From NCBI RefSeq assembly GCF_022045235.1, contig NW_027266273.1:1302001-1366000 (forward strand): a DNA stretch of 64,000 bases, given 5' to 3'. The position numbers were made by a program, and so were the translations under genes. Below, piece by piece: positions 52,180 to 64,000 of this stretch. Each line of letters opens with the position of its first letter. The stretch's first letter is position 1. The DNA is from Haliotis cracherodii (Eukaryota). The notes under the pieces are model-generated. The model made no database searches. It saw nothing but the letters and a program-made list of their open reading frames with translations, and was not told where the DNA came from.

Positions 52180-53112
52180 GACCAGTTTGCACAATGTATA
52201 AGGAGTGACCTATAAAATGCAGCAGCGGTAGACTCCAAACGTTTCTGGGACATCATAAAGCGTGGGTCTGGACGACCCCAACGACCCAACGCTATTGATA
52301 TACAAGACTGGGGGGACTATTTCTCGTCGCTGCATTCTGAACCAATGGGTATTCAGAATAATCTTGGTGGGGTGGAGGACATAGTGACATGTCAAGGTTA
52401 TGTGCAAGAACTGATAATTGACATATTAGAATCCCCAATCACCAGATCCCAACTTTTTGAAAGCATCAGTGCCAAGAAACATAATAAATCAGCTGACCTT
52501 GGCGACATCTATGGAAGCCATTGTACAAACATGGTTTGAGTGCTAAACTGGCTAAAATGTTACAATCCATGTACAGTAATGTAAAGGCTTGTGTTCGTTC
52601 TAACAACAGAGTATCTGGTATACATTTGTTGCTTCATGGGTGTGAGACAAGAGTGTATACTTTGTCCCTTTTTGTTTCAGTTTTTTTATGCACGAATTGG
52701 TTACTGAAATGGAACAAAATTGTCGTGTTGGTGTTAAGTTACATCCGTAATTTATTTATGTTTTGTTTTTCTACTTCTATTTGCGGAAGACCTGATTGTG
52801 TTTGGCCACACCATATCGAAAATGAATATCACTTTTTGTTAATTTTCTGTGCTATAGCCATCTCAGGCAAAGTTTTTGACATCTTTCCAAATATTCTGAC
52901 GTTTAATACACCACTGTCATCGCAAGACCCTATATCAATATGTTTTACATCAATGCTGTTAGAAGACAAATACTCCAACTCTGATAGTATGCAGTTATGT
53001 TAAAACTGCTTTTTCAAAAGAAAATACAAAGGAATGTGTTGTATTTTTTACTGTTTGCCCCTAAATTGTATTTCGTTTGTACAAAAAGGCCCTGGCCTAC
53101 TAGTACTGAATA
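52180..53112 (+). mobile_element. Heavily deleted APE-RT LINE remnant
   Basis: DSKRFWDIIKR, LYKHGLSAKLAKMLQSMYSNVKACVR, IENEYHFLL fragments; AATAAA at the end. Confidence 0.6.
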
Positions 53113-53645
53113 AAGTGAGGACTAATTATTCGTAATAGAATATATTCTCCCTTCAACTATGCGCGTTTTCCAACGAACAACAACAAGTAGAGCCAGGGAA
53201 CCTTTCATATTCCAACAGCCTCTCAACAACAACAACCTGGTCGTTATTTACAGGTTTTCTTTATGGGTCATAACTGACGTTTTGTTAAATATTGGTACAA
53301 AGGTGTATCTAGGGACACTATACAATATGACTTTATTTACGTTAAAAGTGACACACAAAGCACATGTTATTACAATACCAATGGAATGGAGTCATCTGAT
53401 TAGTCGAAATTTAGATAGTTAACCCTATTTAGGACTATTTACCATACTAATAAGTGCTCTATATGAAACTAGGTGTGGATGATCTGCACAACATACAGTA
53501 ATATAACCTCATTCAGAAATCCAAGATGGTCTCACAATCGCCATTTAGTGATTTACAGGTCTAAAACATCTAAATGAGTAAATATCTATTTATGAATTCC
53601 TTTGAAAACCCTCGTGAACATCATTTCATTAGATTTTTAGTTCAT

Positions 53646-54040
53646 TGTACCCCCGCAATGAAGTTAGGGGGTATAATGAAATCAGCGTCTCAGCCCGTCT
53701 GTCGGTCTGTCCGCAGAACATAATTGACTGATTTCAATTAAACTTTGTACACGTGGCCACTTCAGCATGTTGTTCGGCACATTGCAATTGTTTGTTCTTT
53801 TCATTTGGGTGCAGTTGTTTCCTTTTATTACTTCGTTTCAATTTGTCTGGATAACTTCTAAACTACTACATCGATTTCTTTCAGATATTACGTAGGTGTA
53901 GCTACGGAAACTGTACAGCATGCCTTAATTAATTCCCCACAGGATAGTTCTAGTTAGCGCCATTTTTAGCCATACATGCAACATGTCCGTATTCCCATCC
54001 GTCTTTGTACGGCGTCCGTCATCCGTCATGCGAAATCTAT
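53646..54040 (+). mobile_element. Probable Helentron-associated / Pearl-like repeat remnant
   Basis: Short inverted TACCCCC...GGGGGTA followed by a GTCT/GTCC microsatellite-like stretch, a layout known from mollusc non-autonomous elements; weak. Confidence 0.4.
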
Positions 54041-55266
54041 TCAAAATACAATACGATTTATTCATAAGATATGTCGAGCGATAGCATTTACAGCTCACCT
54101 GGTATGAAGTTCCGTGTTGAGCTTATGTCAGCTCCCCCATGCCAGAAGATCGAATGGTCGGTTCCTGACATGAAATACGCTACAGGCCGTATGCCTAATG
54201 TCATTTTATCGCTATTTTCATTCAACAATGGTCTAACTACAGGATATGCTAAACTGCTATAGAAAAGATATAGACTTCATATCCGAAAAATATAAACTTT
54301 AAGAGGCTATATTTGGTTCGGCACGGTCATTGCATTGGAATTCCTGTCGTTTGTAATAGCATGTGATTTTGGTGTATGCTTAACTGTCATAACCGAAATA
54401 CTGCAACAAAATGTCCGTTATTTTATGCCTAAAACTCTGTTAATGGGCCATTCTAACAATCTACCATCATCTACAACTTGGTCTGATCTGCTTGAGCTGA
54501 GTCCTCCTTTCCGTCGTTTCGGTATTAGGATAGTAACGAGGTTACCTTGCAGGGTATCGAAAAATAACCTTTGTAAAACAGTACGTTTGATAAAAATCGG
54601 TTGAAAGGGTTAGGGGTCATAAACCCTTTTATGGAGCCTCAATATAACAACCACGTGGTCGTGGTAGAGAGGGAATCTAAAAATGGTTAGTCATTTGCAC
54701 ATCTAAACAAAGTAACGATCAATTAAATCTACGAAGTGTCATGAAAGTGCGATAAGTTTTATTTCATAGCGATAACCCTTAATGTAAAAAAATATTATCT
54801 ATCACTTCAACCCTCAATGTATTTTTTTTTACATTAAGAGTATTTTTTACATTCAGAGTTCTAACAAGGGTGAACCCGCAACCCTTTATGAAAAAACTTT
54901 TACATTAAGTCTAGAGTATTTTTTACATTAAGGGTTGTAACAATGCATCCCCATAACCTTTTCCAACAATTCCTTCCTTAACATGCCAAAAGTTTCGACT
55001 AAAGACCCTCTCAAGAACACCTACCATGACCTGTTTGGAATTCAGCAAATCAGGCGACAGTTCGCCCTACCAGTATCTATTCATCTTCCACATTGATCCT
55101 TTAGGTCAAGATTCATCTTTGCTTCTTTCACCACACTCTATCGCTTGATTATCGCTAAAAATTACGTTTAAACTTGCACACTCACTCGCACACTAGTAAG
55201 CATGTATGCCACGCTACAAAACCTCAAGCTCGTGTTTCAAAGCGGTTTTTTTCACAAGAAATACGA

Positions 55267-55670
55267 TCATACACACCTGTGGGGGTTACTGCTGGAACAG
55301 TCCTAATGAAAAGTCCTGAGCCTAGTTCCGGGCACTGTTGTCATTGTCCTGGTCTGGGTTGCTGAATGTGGAGCCTTGCAACCGTCCAAGGCAATCTTAA
55401 GTCCATAAGTCAGTTGGGTAGTGATGTCCAAACGTCAGACGATACCTACTCGATTCATCATTTACCTCAAAATCCTGCATGTTTTACTGGTAATGGTTGA
55501 TGCCAGTTTTAATGTGTTCCAAGAGTGAGCACCTGCCTCTGGAGATATGTACTGTTGTGGATGTACATGTAGTCATACAAAGCCGGTGGTCCTCCCCAAT
55601 TTCCACAAAGCCTTCTTTTTAGTCCTTCCACGGGCGGTTGAAGTTTTCATTGCCAACCACCTGATTGAGG
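55267..55670 (-). pseudogene. FReD pseudogene fragment (third paralog)
   Basis: Minus strand reads GNENFNRPWKD*KEGF...QDFEVNDESSRYRLTFGHHY...DCLGRLQGSTFSNPDQDNDNSARN*. Stops, frameshifts and loss of GWWF; 5' side abuts a SINE A fragment. Confidence 0.9.
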
Positions 55671-55683
55671 TGATGTATATGAC

Positions 55684-55867
55684 GGACAGACAATCAAGTG
55701 ATTAAAATCACGAGCACCGATCAACGCAACTGGGATACGATGACATGCATCAACCAAGTCAGTCAGCCTGACCACCCGACCCCGTTAGTGACCTCTTACG
55801 ACAAGCATAGTCGCCTTTTATTACAAGCATGGGCTGCTGAAGACCTATTCTACCCCGGATCTTCACG
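55684..55867 (-). mobile_element. SINE family A, tail missing
   Basis: Family match from CCGTGAAGATCC to GATTGTCTG. Confidence 0.85.
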
Positions 55868-55941
55868 GATCTGTCAGTGTCGCGAACACTTACTGATTTC
55901 CATTGATCCATTTTAATGATTACACCCAATGGAACCCTCAT

Positions 55942-56095
55942 GGGTCACGTGTTTCCCAGTCGTCTTAGGCGCTGTGCTGTGCAGAGTTGCATCCCTTGGA
56001 CACGCTAGAAACCTATGATTGTGGGTTCGAATCCCGGTTCGCCCCGATTATGTTTCTAGGTTTGTCAGCACCATACCCGTGCTCGTGGGTTTCGG
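55942..56095 (+). mobile_element. SINE family B, 3'-truncated
   Basis: Near-identical to the 5' half of 42497-42774. Confidence 0.85.
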
Positions 56096-57536
56096 CGATT
56101 CCCCCAGATTCTATGCTCTAAATACCATGTGTTGATTTGTTAACCTGGTACAACACGTGGTCGCCGACCATGGAGATTATTTACTTTTGGATTAGCTACG
56201 TCTGGTCCGAAACTTGAACTCCTGTGCCTGGCACAAATGGACAACGATTTTTCTTCTGACGATTAATCAAAACATTTATTTTTCATGATCTCCTACTTTT
56301 TGGGAGTACACTTGCATGATTCAGTTAATTACATAATCAAAGATAAAGTGGTAATAATTATTATAGGTACAAGAAACAGTACATAGAACAAAAATAATCA
56401 GCAAAAATCTTCCACACACCCATATATATCTATATCTATATATCTTTAACACATTTAGATGAATAAGCATATATACAAGTTTAAGGCAGTGTTTATACAG
56501 TCGAGTTGATTGGGATGTAGTTACATTAGAGGGGAGAAGCCTGTTGTGTATACCACAGGGGTGATATAGTATAAACATCAACAGGTGAAGCCAGCAGTAT
56601 AAACAAAAGGATTATCATTGATTGGGGGTCTTTGATGAGTTGATGGTACGCATCAGGTATGATATGAGCCCAGTTATTCAGGGTCAGCAACCCAGTTAAT
56701 TGTTATCAAATATGTTCACCTAGAGACTCGGAGATCATGAAAATGATCCCTTTTTGGGTAAAATTAATTATTAAAAAAGTATAACATCTACATCCAAATC
56801 CAGCAACAAACACAGTAATGCATTTACCCTCATAACGTTTTTTAACACTTTTAACACTTTGGTTTCTTACTCGTGCTTGGATTTGAAGACTTTTAAGAAG
56901 TCTTTTTGAAGACAATTTATCAGTATATCCAAGGACATACAAACACCTTCATTACATGATGCAGCTTTGATCAACGAGTGAGCGAGTTGGTCTAGTGCAA
57001 CTGTGCCATTATTTCAGTTATGCAACAGAGTGTCAGTATAATGGAGAAGTCCGGGTCCCTGTTGTATGAAACTTTAATGATACAACGCGTGTCATTACAC
57101 CTCCATTAACTAACGTGTCCAAATATTCGGTTGCATCAAACGTTTAATGATACAATCGCTAAACTAAGGGATCATTAACATAAATGTAGATTTGGGGTAT
57201 CATTAACCTCCTATTAAATCAAATATGGCCCGTGATTCGAGCTCATACGTTGATAGAATTCAGGATTCGGATAAAAAACCCAGATGTTTTGGGAGAAATT
57301 ATAGGGATATACCCTTATTTGATATCACGTTAAGATAAAATGATAAGATAAGACTTTATCATCCACTAAAATATTGATTAGCACAAAAAAATGAAAAAAA
57401 GAAAATATGTATCAAAATATCTACATACAAAAAAAGACACTAGATCTAAAGGACACTACTGAAGATTTGATTTTGATACCATTTAAACGTTACCGACACT
57501 AAACGTATCATAAATTGCTTCATTTAAAATTAAGCT

Positions 57537-57750
57537 TGTTTTGTTTGTTTGTTCCTTATCACCGCACTCAGCAATATTCGAACACTGTATGATAACGGTC
57601 TGTAGATAATCGAGTCTGGACCAGACAATCCAGTGATTGATGCCTTGAGCATCGATACACCCAATTAGAATACGATGACGTGCATCAACCAAGTCAGCGA
57701 GTCTGACCACCCGATCCCGTTAGTCGCCTCTTACGACAAGCATGGGATGC
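57537..57750 (-). mobile_element. SINE family A copy (short variant)
   Basis: Family match lacking the internal 22-nt duplication. Confidence 0.85.
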
Positions 57751-59053
57751 TAAAGGGGGTGTTCACACCCGGCAGCTATTGTTTAGGGTAATTTCGCTGA
57801 TCTATATCAATAAAAGAAGGATTAAAATGGGAGATTATCGTAACGGCTGGTTCTGGTTCATTGGAGAAGGAGCCCTGACCACATTTATACTTATAATATA
57901 TTTCACACATATTAAGTCATATTACACATATTCAACAAACAACAATTATTTTGTAAATACAATTTTAAAGAAATGAAATTGACAGCATTAATACACAGTT
58001 ACAATACAATCTACAACAATTTACATTCTAACAAATTGTGAGACAGAATCTCCATATTCCATTACAGATTTTGTTCCAGAAACCAGGCACATTTTCAGAC
58101 GACCAAGTTCGTGTTCAAGTTGGCTGTACTGCTTCTTTTTGGATCGTTTTTTTACCACCCGATTGAAGTTGGCCTGTTGTCACTTCAGTGTTTGTTCTGA
58201 TTAAATTAAACTGATGAATCGGAAGCTGTTGGGGTGGTTGGTTGTCTTTTTTTATTCATGCATGCCACCCCTCTACATGGTTAGTGGTTCTTGGACCCAA
58301 GGTGCCAAAATGGTTCCACAAACCTGCTGAAGACCTATTCTTAATCCGGATCTTCACGGGTCGTAACATATTTTAATGAACACATATTAGTTAATGAAGG
58401 TTTGCTACAACCTGGAACTCCAAAGAGACAAAGGTCATCTTCTTTGGTGATGACAAACCATGATCAGCTAAAGAATGTAATTCTGTGTAAGGTGTTACGG
58501 TGATTTAGACTATGGGCCACCCATACCATGTTTAGCCATTATGAACACTACAAATGTGAACATTAGAAATATGTGACTTAAATAAAAACAACAACTTTAA
58601 ATAATTAAAATTTTCGTTGTTTTCATTCCTGTATTCTGATTCCCGATGAATGTTAAAAATTAAGCCACGCCCACCGAGGCGCACTACTTTTATTACTGCG
58701 GAATGTCGGGGAATCCCAATATTACAGTCGAGGGAATTCCCTTTCTGCTCAAGTGTATCGTCATACACAGGACACATACTGACTGTGTAGGCATGTCAAG
58801 TTATGTGCATAAATTAAACGATCGCCTGATTCATGTCACGCCACAGTATTTATTCCTACACCTGGAAAATGTTTATCTATCTCATCATTTTTGTCTATTT
58901 TGATATATACAACTGTTTTTTGGTTAAACTAGTGTAGATAAAACATGTTTTACGTTGTCGAATTTAATTATAAGCATTGACTGTGTATTTTTTTCGGGTC
59001 ATTGAGGTATGAATCGAAAAACCAATATGCAAACTGTATGGATCCGCGTAGCC

Positions 59054-59727
59054 TTATCCCCACGTGTCTGGGTTGTCGTAGACAAGGTACAAGAGCATCG
59101 TCCTCGGGGACTGCGTTCCCAATCCCTTCCCAGGAGTCCAATGTAGGTCACTGTCAGCGCCGCCAGCCTGTCCACCGACTGGGGATGCCTCATACACGCC
59201 TGTGGGATTGCAAGTGGAGCAGTCCTTGAACCACCAGCCTGACTGAAAGTCCTGAGCACAGTTCCGGGCACTGTTGTCATTGTCCTGGTCCGGGGTGCTG
59301 AATGATGAACCGTACAACGGTCCAAGGCAGTCTTCTAACATAACTGCAGCTTGGTTGTGTGTAAAATGATGGCCGAATGACAGATGATACTTACTAGATT
59401 CATCTCCGACCCTAAAGTCCTCCATGTAATACTGGTAATAGCCCGAATTAGTGACGATCTCAACCAAGAGTGAATGTTTCCTGCTGCTGGAGATATAGTG
59501 GATGTAGTCATTGCCAAGCCAATGATCCCCCGTAACGTCCCCAAAACCTTGCTTGTAGTCCTTCCATGAACGGTTGAAGTTTTCATTGCCAGCCTTCTGT
59601 CTAAGAAACATGGTTCTCCCACCAAAATGCATTTCGCAATTCACAGTAAATGGCCGAGGAGCTAGGCTTGGCTGCATTAAGTATTTATCGTGCTTGCCGC
59701 TGTAATAACTGACGCCGTCTGAACAGT
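59054..59727 (-). CDS. FReD gene 2, last exon: fibrinogen-related domain
   Basis: Acceptor tttcAG at 59729-59728 gives DCSD, at the same position and phase as in gene 1; intact frame to TAA; same FReD motifs. Confidence 0.95.
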
Positions 59728-60042
59728 CTGAAATAGTAGGACACAAAACAGTAAATTCACGAGAAATATAGCATGCAGGTATGGATGTTGATAATAGGTC
59801 ATATCATTTAACCACCCGATCCCCATTCGCCGATTCTGAGGACTTGGTATGGTATAGCATGATATATATTTTGCCCCTGAGTGCCAACAAGGAGATGTAA
59901 TGTATTTAGTTAATCTCTAATGGCCTTAACATGGATGTGAGTGTAATTATATTCGAGCGGTACACTTAAGAAAGGTTTTGCGTTTATTGAGCCCAAACTC
60001 TGTACAAATTACGTATAATAACTTCATAGACTGCTTATTTAA

Positions 60043-60317
60043 TGTTGTTTGCTTGTTTGTTGCTTAACGCCGCATTCAGCAATATTCTAGCTATAATACG
60101 GCGGTCTGTAAATATTTGAGCCTGGGCCAGAAAAACCAGTGATTGATATCATGAGCATCGATCTATACTACGCAATTGGGATACGATAACATTTATCAAT
60201 CAAGTCACTGAGCCTGACCACCTGATGCCGTTAGTCGCCTCTTACGACAAACATAGTCGCCTGTTATGGCAAGCGTAGATTGCTGAAGAGATAATTCTGA
60301 CCCGGGTCTTCACGGGT
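60043..60317 (-). mobile_element. SINE family A copy (intron of FReD gene 2)
   Basis: Family match over the full length. Confidence 0.9.
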
Positions 60318-60489
60318 GTGCATGGTTCGCCATTCGTATGCCACGGAATCGCTAATGCCCATAGATTTAGTTCCATAGCTATGTTCAGTAGCGCAGGACA
60401 ATTTATCAATAATGACAGCGAATGTCGTCTGAAGTTCACTGAGATGTGAAACGCTGGACTTCCTCATTGACAACATCTATGTAACTTTG

Positions 60490-60758
60490 GGGGTAAGACA
60501 TTGCGGCATGGACACCATGTGTGCTCCACTTCTTGGAGATCAGTTTCTTTATTCATTTGAATCGGAATTTCTGCTCGGATTACCAAAGTAAAAAACAAGG
60601 CAATGTGGCCATGACGTTTAACTTAAGCTACAGGTATATAGAAGATCTGATATCGTTCAATAATGGTCAAAAAGCAAGATCTATTTACCCGAATCCCCAC
60701 CTGAACTAGAATCAAAGGAGATAAGGGTGACCGCCTCATCTGTTTCATATTTATGATT
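60490..60758 (+). mobile_element. Penelope-like RT remnant
   Basis: CAPLLGDQFLYSFE, FNLSYRYIEDLISFNN (decayed RYIDD), TASSVSYL; homologous to 4690-4920. Confidence 0.7.
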
Positions 60759-60762
60759 ATGC

Positions 60763-60883
60763 GACCGCCTCCGTGGTCTAGTGGTAGAGCGTCCGCCCGG
60801 AGAGCGGAAGGTCCGGGGTTCGATCCCCGACCGCGTCATACCAAAAGACGTTAAAGGATGGTACTCGTTGTTATCCTGTCTGG
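60763..60883 (+). mobile_element. SINE family C head, 3'-truncated
   Basis: Almost identical to 5416-5535. Confidence 0.9.
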
Positions 60884-61164
60884 GGTATCAAGAAATATAA
60901 ATGAGAAGATCGGTCTTCAGAAGAAGGATAAGCTTTGAAAAATGACTCTGAGAGATCCAAACCAAAACCTGACGTCCTCAACACACACGAAACATTACAA
61001 GTGGACCGTGCAGTTCCCCTGTGCAGGTGATTGGTTGGTTATTCCTGATTTTGACACACAAGTGAGAGGTCGTCCAATCGCTTTATGCCATTCTTATTCA
61101 TTACCCACAGTAATACTAAGCCCTCTATTCTTGCTTATATGCAGTATTTGAGATCAGATTTGGA

Positions 61165-62004
61165 ATGCGCTGTCTACAACATGAGGAACACATGAAGGCT
61201 GTTGGCATGCTTCAAACTGGTAGAACTCAGCGGCATGTAGCCAACATATTTCAGTCTGTGATTTACAGACTTTGTAAGGGGTTTCTGCGGACGCGAAAAG
61301 TCCAGGGTCGATTAATCAGAAACCAGTCTTCAAGCAAACGAGCCCAAACAGCCAATCAAATCGTTGTTCACTTGCGCCAGTTCAGGTTTCCAGATACTGA
61401 CCAGAGGATAAGAAATGCTCGGCGACCGCATGGTGCACCACCGTTAACAAATCGACAGATTGTAGTCAGACATCAATGGTGTTTAGAACGTTGGAGCTGG
61501 GTGAATAGCCAGATGAGTCACTCTGGACTTTCTGGATGGGAGTTGACATGTCTGGAGGAATCGTATCGAACGCCGTTCGAACGTCAACGTAAGGCTGCAT
61601 GACAAAATTTGGGTGTGTGTCTGTAATGATATGGGGCGGGATCACTATAACGACCAGGACGCCACTGCATATTGTCCATGGAAGGGTCACTGGACAGTAC
61701 TACAGAGACGATATACTGGCGCCAATAGTTATGCTCATGCACACCATGTATCGTAAGTGACTACCTCAACATCAGCAGAGGGCATTGGCCTTAAGTCCAC
61801 ATCTTTCCTCCATGGTGCACATGGGACATCATCAGGCGAGGTATATGCATACACCATACGCCACCCGCTATGTTAGCTGAACTGGTTCAGGCAGCAAGAT
61901 GTGTGGAAACGATTCCCTTATATTCTTACTTGGATATTGATTCGGACAACGGCATGCCGTTTACACGAATGTTTCACCAATCGAGGGGCATGACCCCATT
62001 ATTG
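61165..62004 (+). mobile_element. Degenerate Tc1 transposase remnant
   Basis: AVGMLQTGRTQRHVA, VMIWGGI, GQYYRDDILAP fragments; ends ...HY*. Confidence 0.7.
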
Positions 62005-62402
62005 AACAAGTCATCTCACGCCGAAATTGGCACAAGGCATACAAACGGGGACGGTGTGTTAGTCACGCTGAACACTGGTTTGATAGATTTGCCACATGGG
62101 TACATGTGCCTTACATCGACTCAACCTCTTCAGCGTAAAAGCTCTTGTACAAACATGTTATTTTCAGGGAATAAACATTACTGATCATTAATGATCCCTC
62201 TGTTTGTTATCTCTTTATATATGACAAGGAATGTAGGCTTTTGTCTCCAGCAAACATAGCGACCCAGATTAGGCAAGGAAAGGAAACTATTACGTTAAAC
62301 TCCGGACAATCTAGACATTGCTGCGTGTAATTCTTATAAAACATCCTGATTTTCAAGAAAATAACAACAACCGCCCTCAAAATCGTTCACATGCCATGTG
62401 TT

Positions 62403-62600
62403 NNNNNNNNNNNNNNNNNNNNNNNNNNNNNNNNNNNNNNNNNNNNNNNNNNNNNNNNNNNNNNNNNNNNNNNNNNNNNNNNNNNNNNNNNNNNNNNNNN
62501 NNNNNNNNNNNNNNNNNNNNNNNNNNNNNNNNNNNNNNNNNNNNNNNNNNNNNNNNNNNNNNNNNNNNNNNNNNNNNNNNNNNNNNNNNNNNNNNNNNNN
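62403..62600. other. Assembly gap
   Basis: Run of N inside the intron between the FReD gene 2 exons. Confidence 1.
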
Positions 62601-62635
62601 AATGATCGGCTCACGGCATACGTCTCAATGCTTAC

Positions 62636-62738
62636 CTGTCATTAACCTCTCACATCTGTTACCAAGGTAACCGTTATAGCACTGACAGACATCTTTGCCC
62701 GCGTTATAATCGCCACCATGATGACAAGGGTTGTATAC
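62636..62738 (-). CDS. FReD gene 2, EGF exon (absent from the ORF track)
   Basis: Minus strand: ttcaAG|GTATACAACCCT...ATGACAG|GTAAG. 103 nt, phase 0/1, VYNPCHHGGDYNAGKDVCQCYNGYLGNRCERLMT; same size and phase as gene 1 exon 2. Confidence 0.9.
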
Positions 62739-62976
62739 CTTGAACAAAGAGAGATACGTTTAAATTAACTGTTAAACCTTTCATATAAAGTTGGTTAACG
62801 CCACACGAACAGACCTTCATTTATATAAAACGTGTCAGCTTAATGTGGGAGGAACGCTAACTGTGCAGGACGAAGACGTTTACCACTTTTGAGAAACCCA
62901 CAAAAATGGGTTGGATGCTGAAAGGCAAATGATCTCAATCGGGAAGAAAAAAAGAATGTACACTGCAAACAACAAA

Positions 62977-63218
62977 TGTTTATTTGTTTGTTTATTTGTT
63001 GTTTAACACTGCACCCAGCAATATTCCAGCTATATGACGGCAGTCTGTAAATAATTGAATCTGGACCAGACAATCCAATGATTGACATCATGAGCATCGA
63101 TCCACGCAATTGAGATGCATCAACCAAGTCAGCGAGCCTGACCACCCGATCCCGTTAGTCGCCTCTTACGAAAAGCATGGGTTGCTGAAGACCCGTTCTA
63201 ACCCGGATCTTCACGGGT
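62977..63218 (-). mobile_element. SINE family A copy (short variant) with TSD
   Basis: Family match; CAACAAATGT direct repeats on both sides. Confidence 0.9.
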
Positions 63219-64000
63219 GCGTGCAACAAATGTAATGAACTACTTGATGGCATGTGCATATACCCATAATCAGAACTACAGAATGTTCGGTTCACATGGA
63301 CCAATGGAGAATTACAAAGGCGACCGGCTGACCCTGACTTTCAATACCTGACACCCATACTACTTTATAGATTTAGTTGAAATAGATTGCATAAGATGTA
63401 CGGTTCGCATGACGAAACATTAATAAAATACACACTTATAAAGATTGTTGAGAAATTCATTATGTAGACGCTTTTGTATGACATATCAAACGAGACAGAG
63501 TGTATAAAATGCGCCTCTGGAACAAATACATGTTCATGAGTGAAGACTGTCCATGTTAACAAATCCACTGCATATGTTTACGAATTTGCGGAGCGTCTAC
63601 TCAGCGAAGAGATCCTTTAGCCATATTCTTTAAATGGAAGTAAAAACGCCGAAATGTATTAGGTATTAATGCCCTTTTAAGTGTCCACCAATCCATAAAG
63701 AGTGGATCAGTACAATATAATAACATTCATGTCTGCATTCATGAGGTGTAATGGAATAAGCAGGTACGCGGAAAAGTAGATATTATTGAGTATAGATTAC
63801 CATTAATTATATCCCAGTTTGTCGGATTGAATTCATATCCTCCTCTGCAATGTCACTATAAAGGTAGATAAATCGTTATATAAAGCCATCTAGGACATAA
63901 GAACTGTTTTTACTCAAATTGATTTTCACTAAAATATTCTTTTCATGTTTAGAAATTTACTGGCTGCTAACAAAGATTATATCACGCACAAAGTGGTGTT

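Larger units (their letters stand above)
50329..54942. mobile_element. 4.6-kb TIR-bounded composite element (TGT...ACA termini)
   Basis: TGTTAAACCCTTAATGTAAAAAATACTCT at the left end and its near-perfect reverse complement at the right end; ATGCAT on both flanks; subterminal TTAATGTAAAA repeats. Confidence 0.65.

Noticed and set aside
58999-59325. ORFs 58999-59325, 59002-59229, 2918-3196 and 3065-3385 that resemble each other
   Set aside because: Alternative-frame or antisense shadows of the near-identical FReD tract, not separate genes.
61165-62004. Shared ancestral Tc1 insertion in the equivalent intron of both FReD genes
   Set aside because: The remnants at 1775-2420 and 61165-62004 show no evident nucleotide similarity; independent insertions are more likely.
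62318-62670. ORFs containing long X runs (also near 33907 and 44831-45097)
   Set aside because: Artefacts of N gaps.

Overview
Repeat-rich, AT-rich, intron-containing animal genomic DNA with three N-gaps. The SINE, LINE and Tc1 content suggests a mollusc, probably a gastropod such as abalone (inference). The window holds a small cluster of secreted lectin-like genes. (1) A complete three-exon signal peptide-PAN/Apple-EGF-fibrinogen-related domain (FReD) gene on + (345-3240, 356 aa). (2) A two-coding-exon signal peptide-coiled coil-C1q gene on + (28781-32254). (3) A FReD pseudogene fragment on - (~55267-55670). (4) A convergent FReD paralog on - with its FReD exon at 59054-59727 and an EGF exon at 62636-62738 missed by the ORF track; its first exon was not found in the window. 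The last ~282 nt of coding sequence of the two FReD genes are ~95% identical, while the rest of the same exon is only ~65% identical at protein level, which suggests gene conversion confined to the ligand-binding subdomain. The rest is transposon-derived: several Tc1/mariner copies, two nested APE-RT LINEs, Penelope-like RT remnants, four SINE families, MITEs, a 4.6-kb TIR-bounded composite element and tandem repeats. One SINE family lacks a tRNA head and starts at a constant, apparently structured 5' end. All alignments and counts were done by eye.
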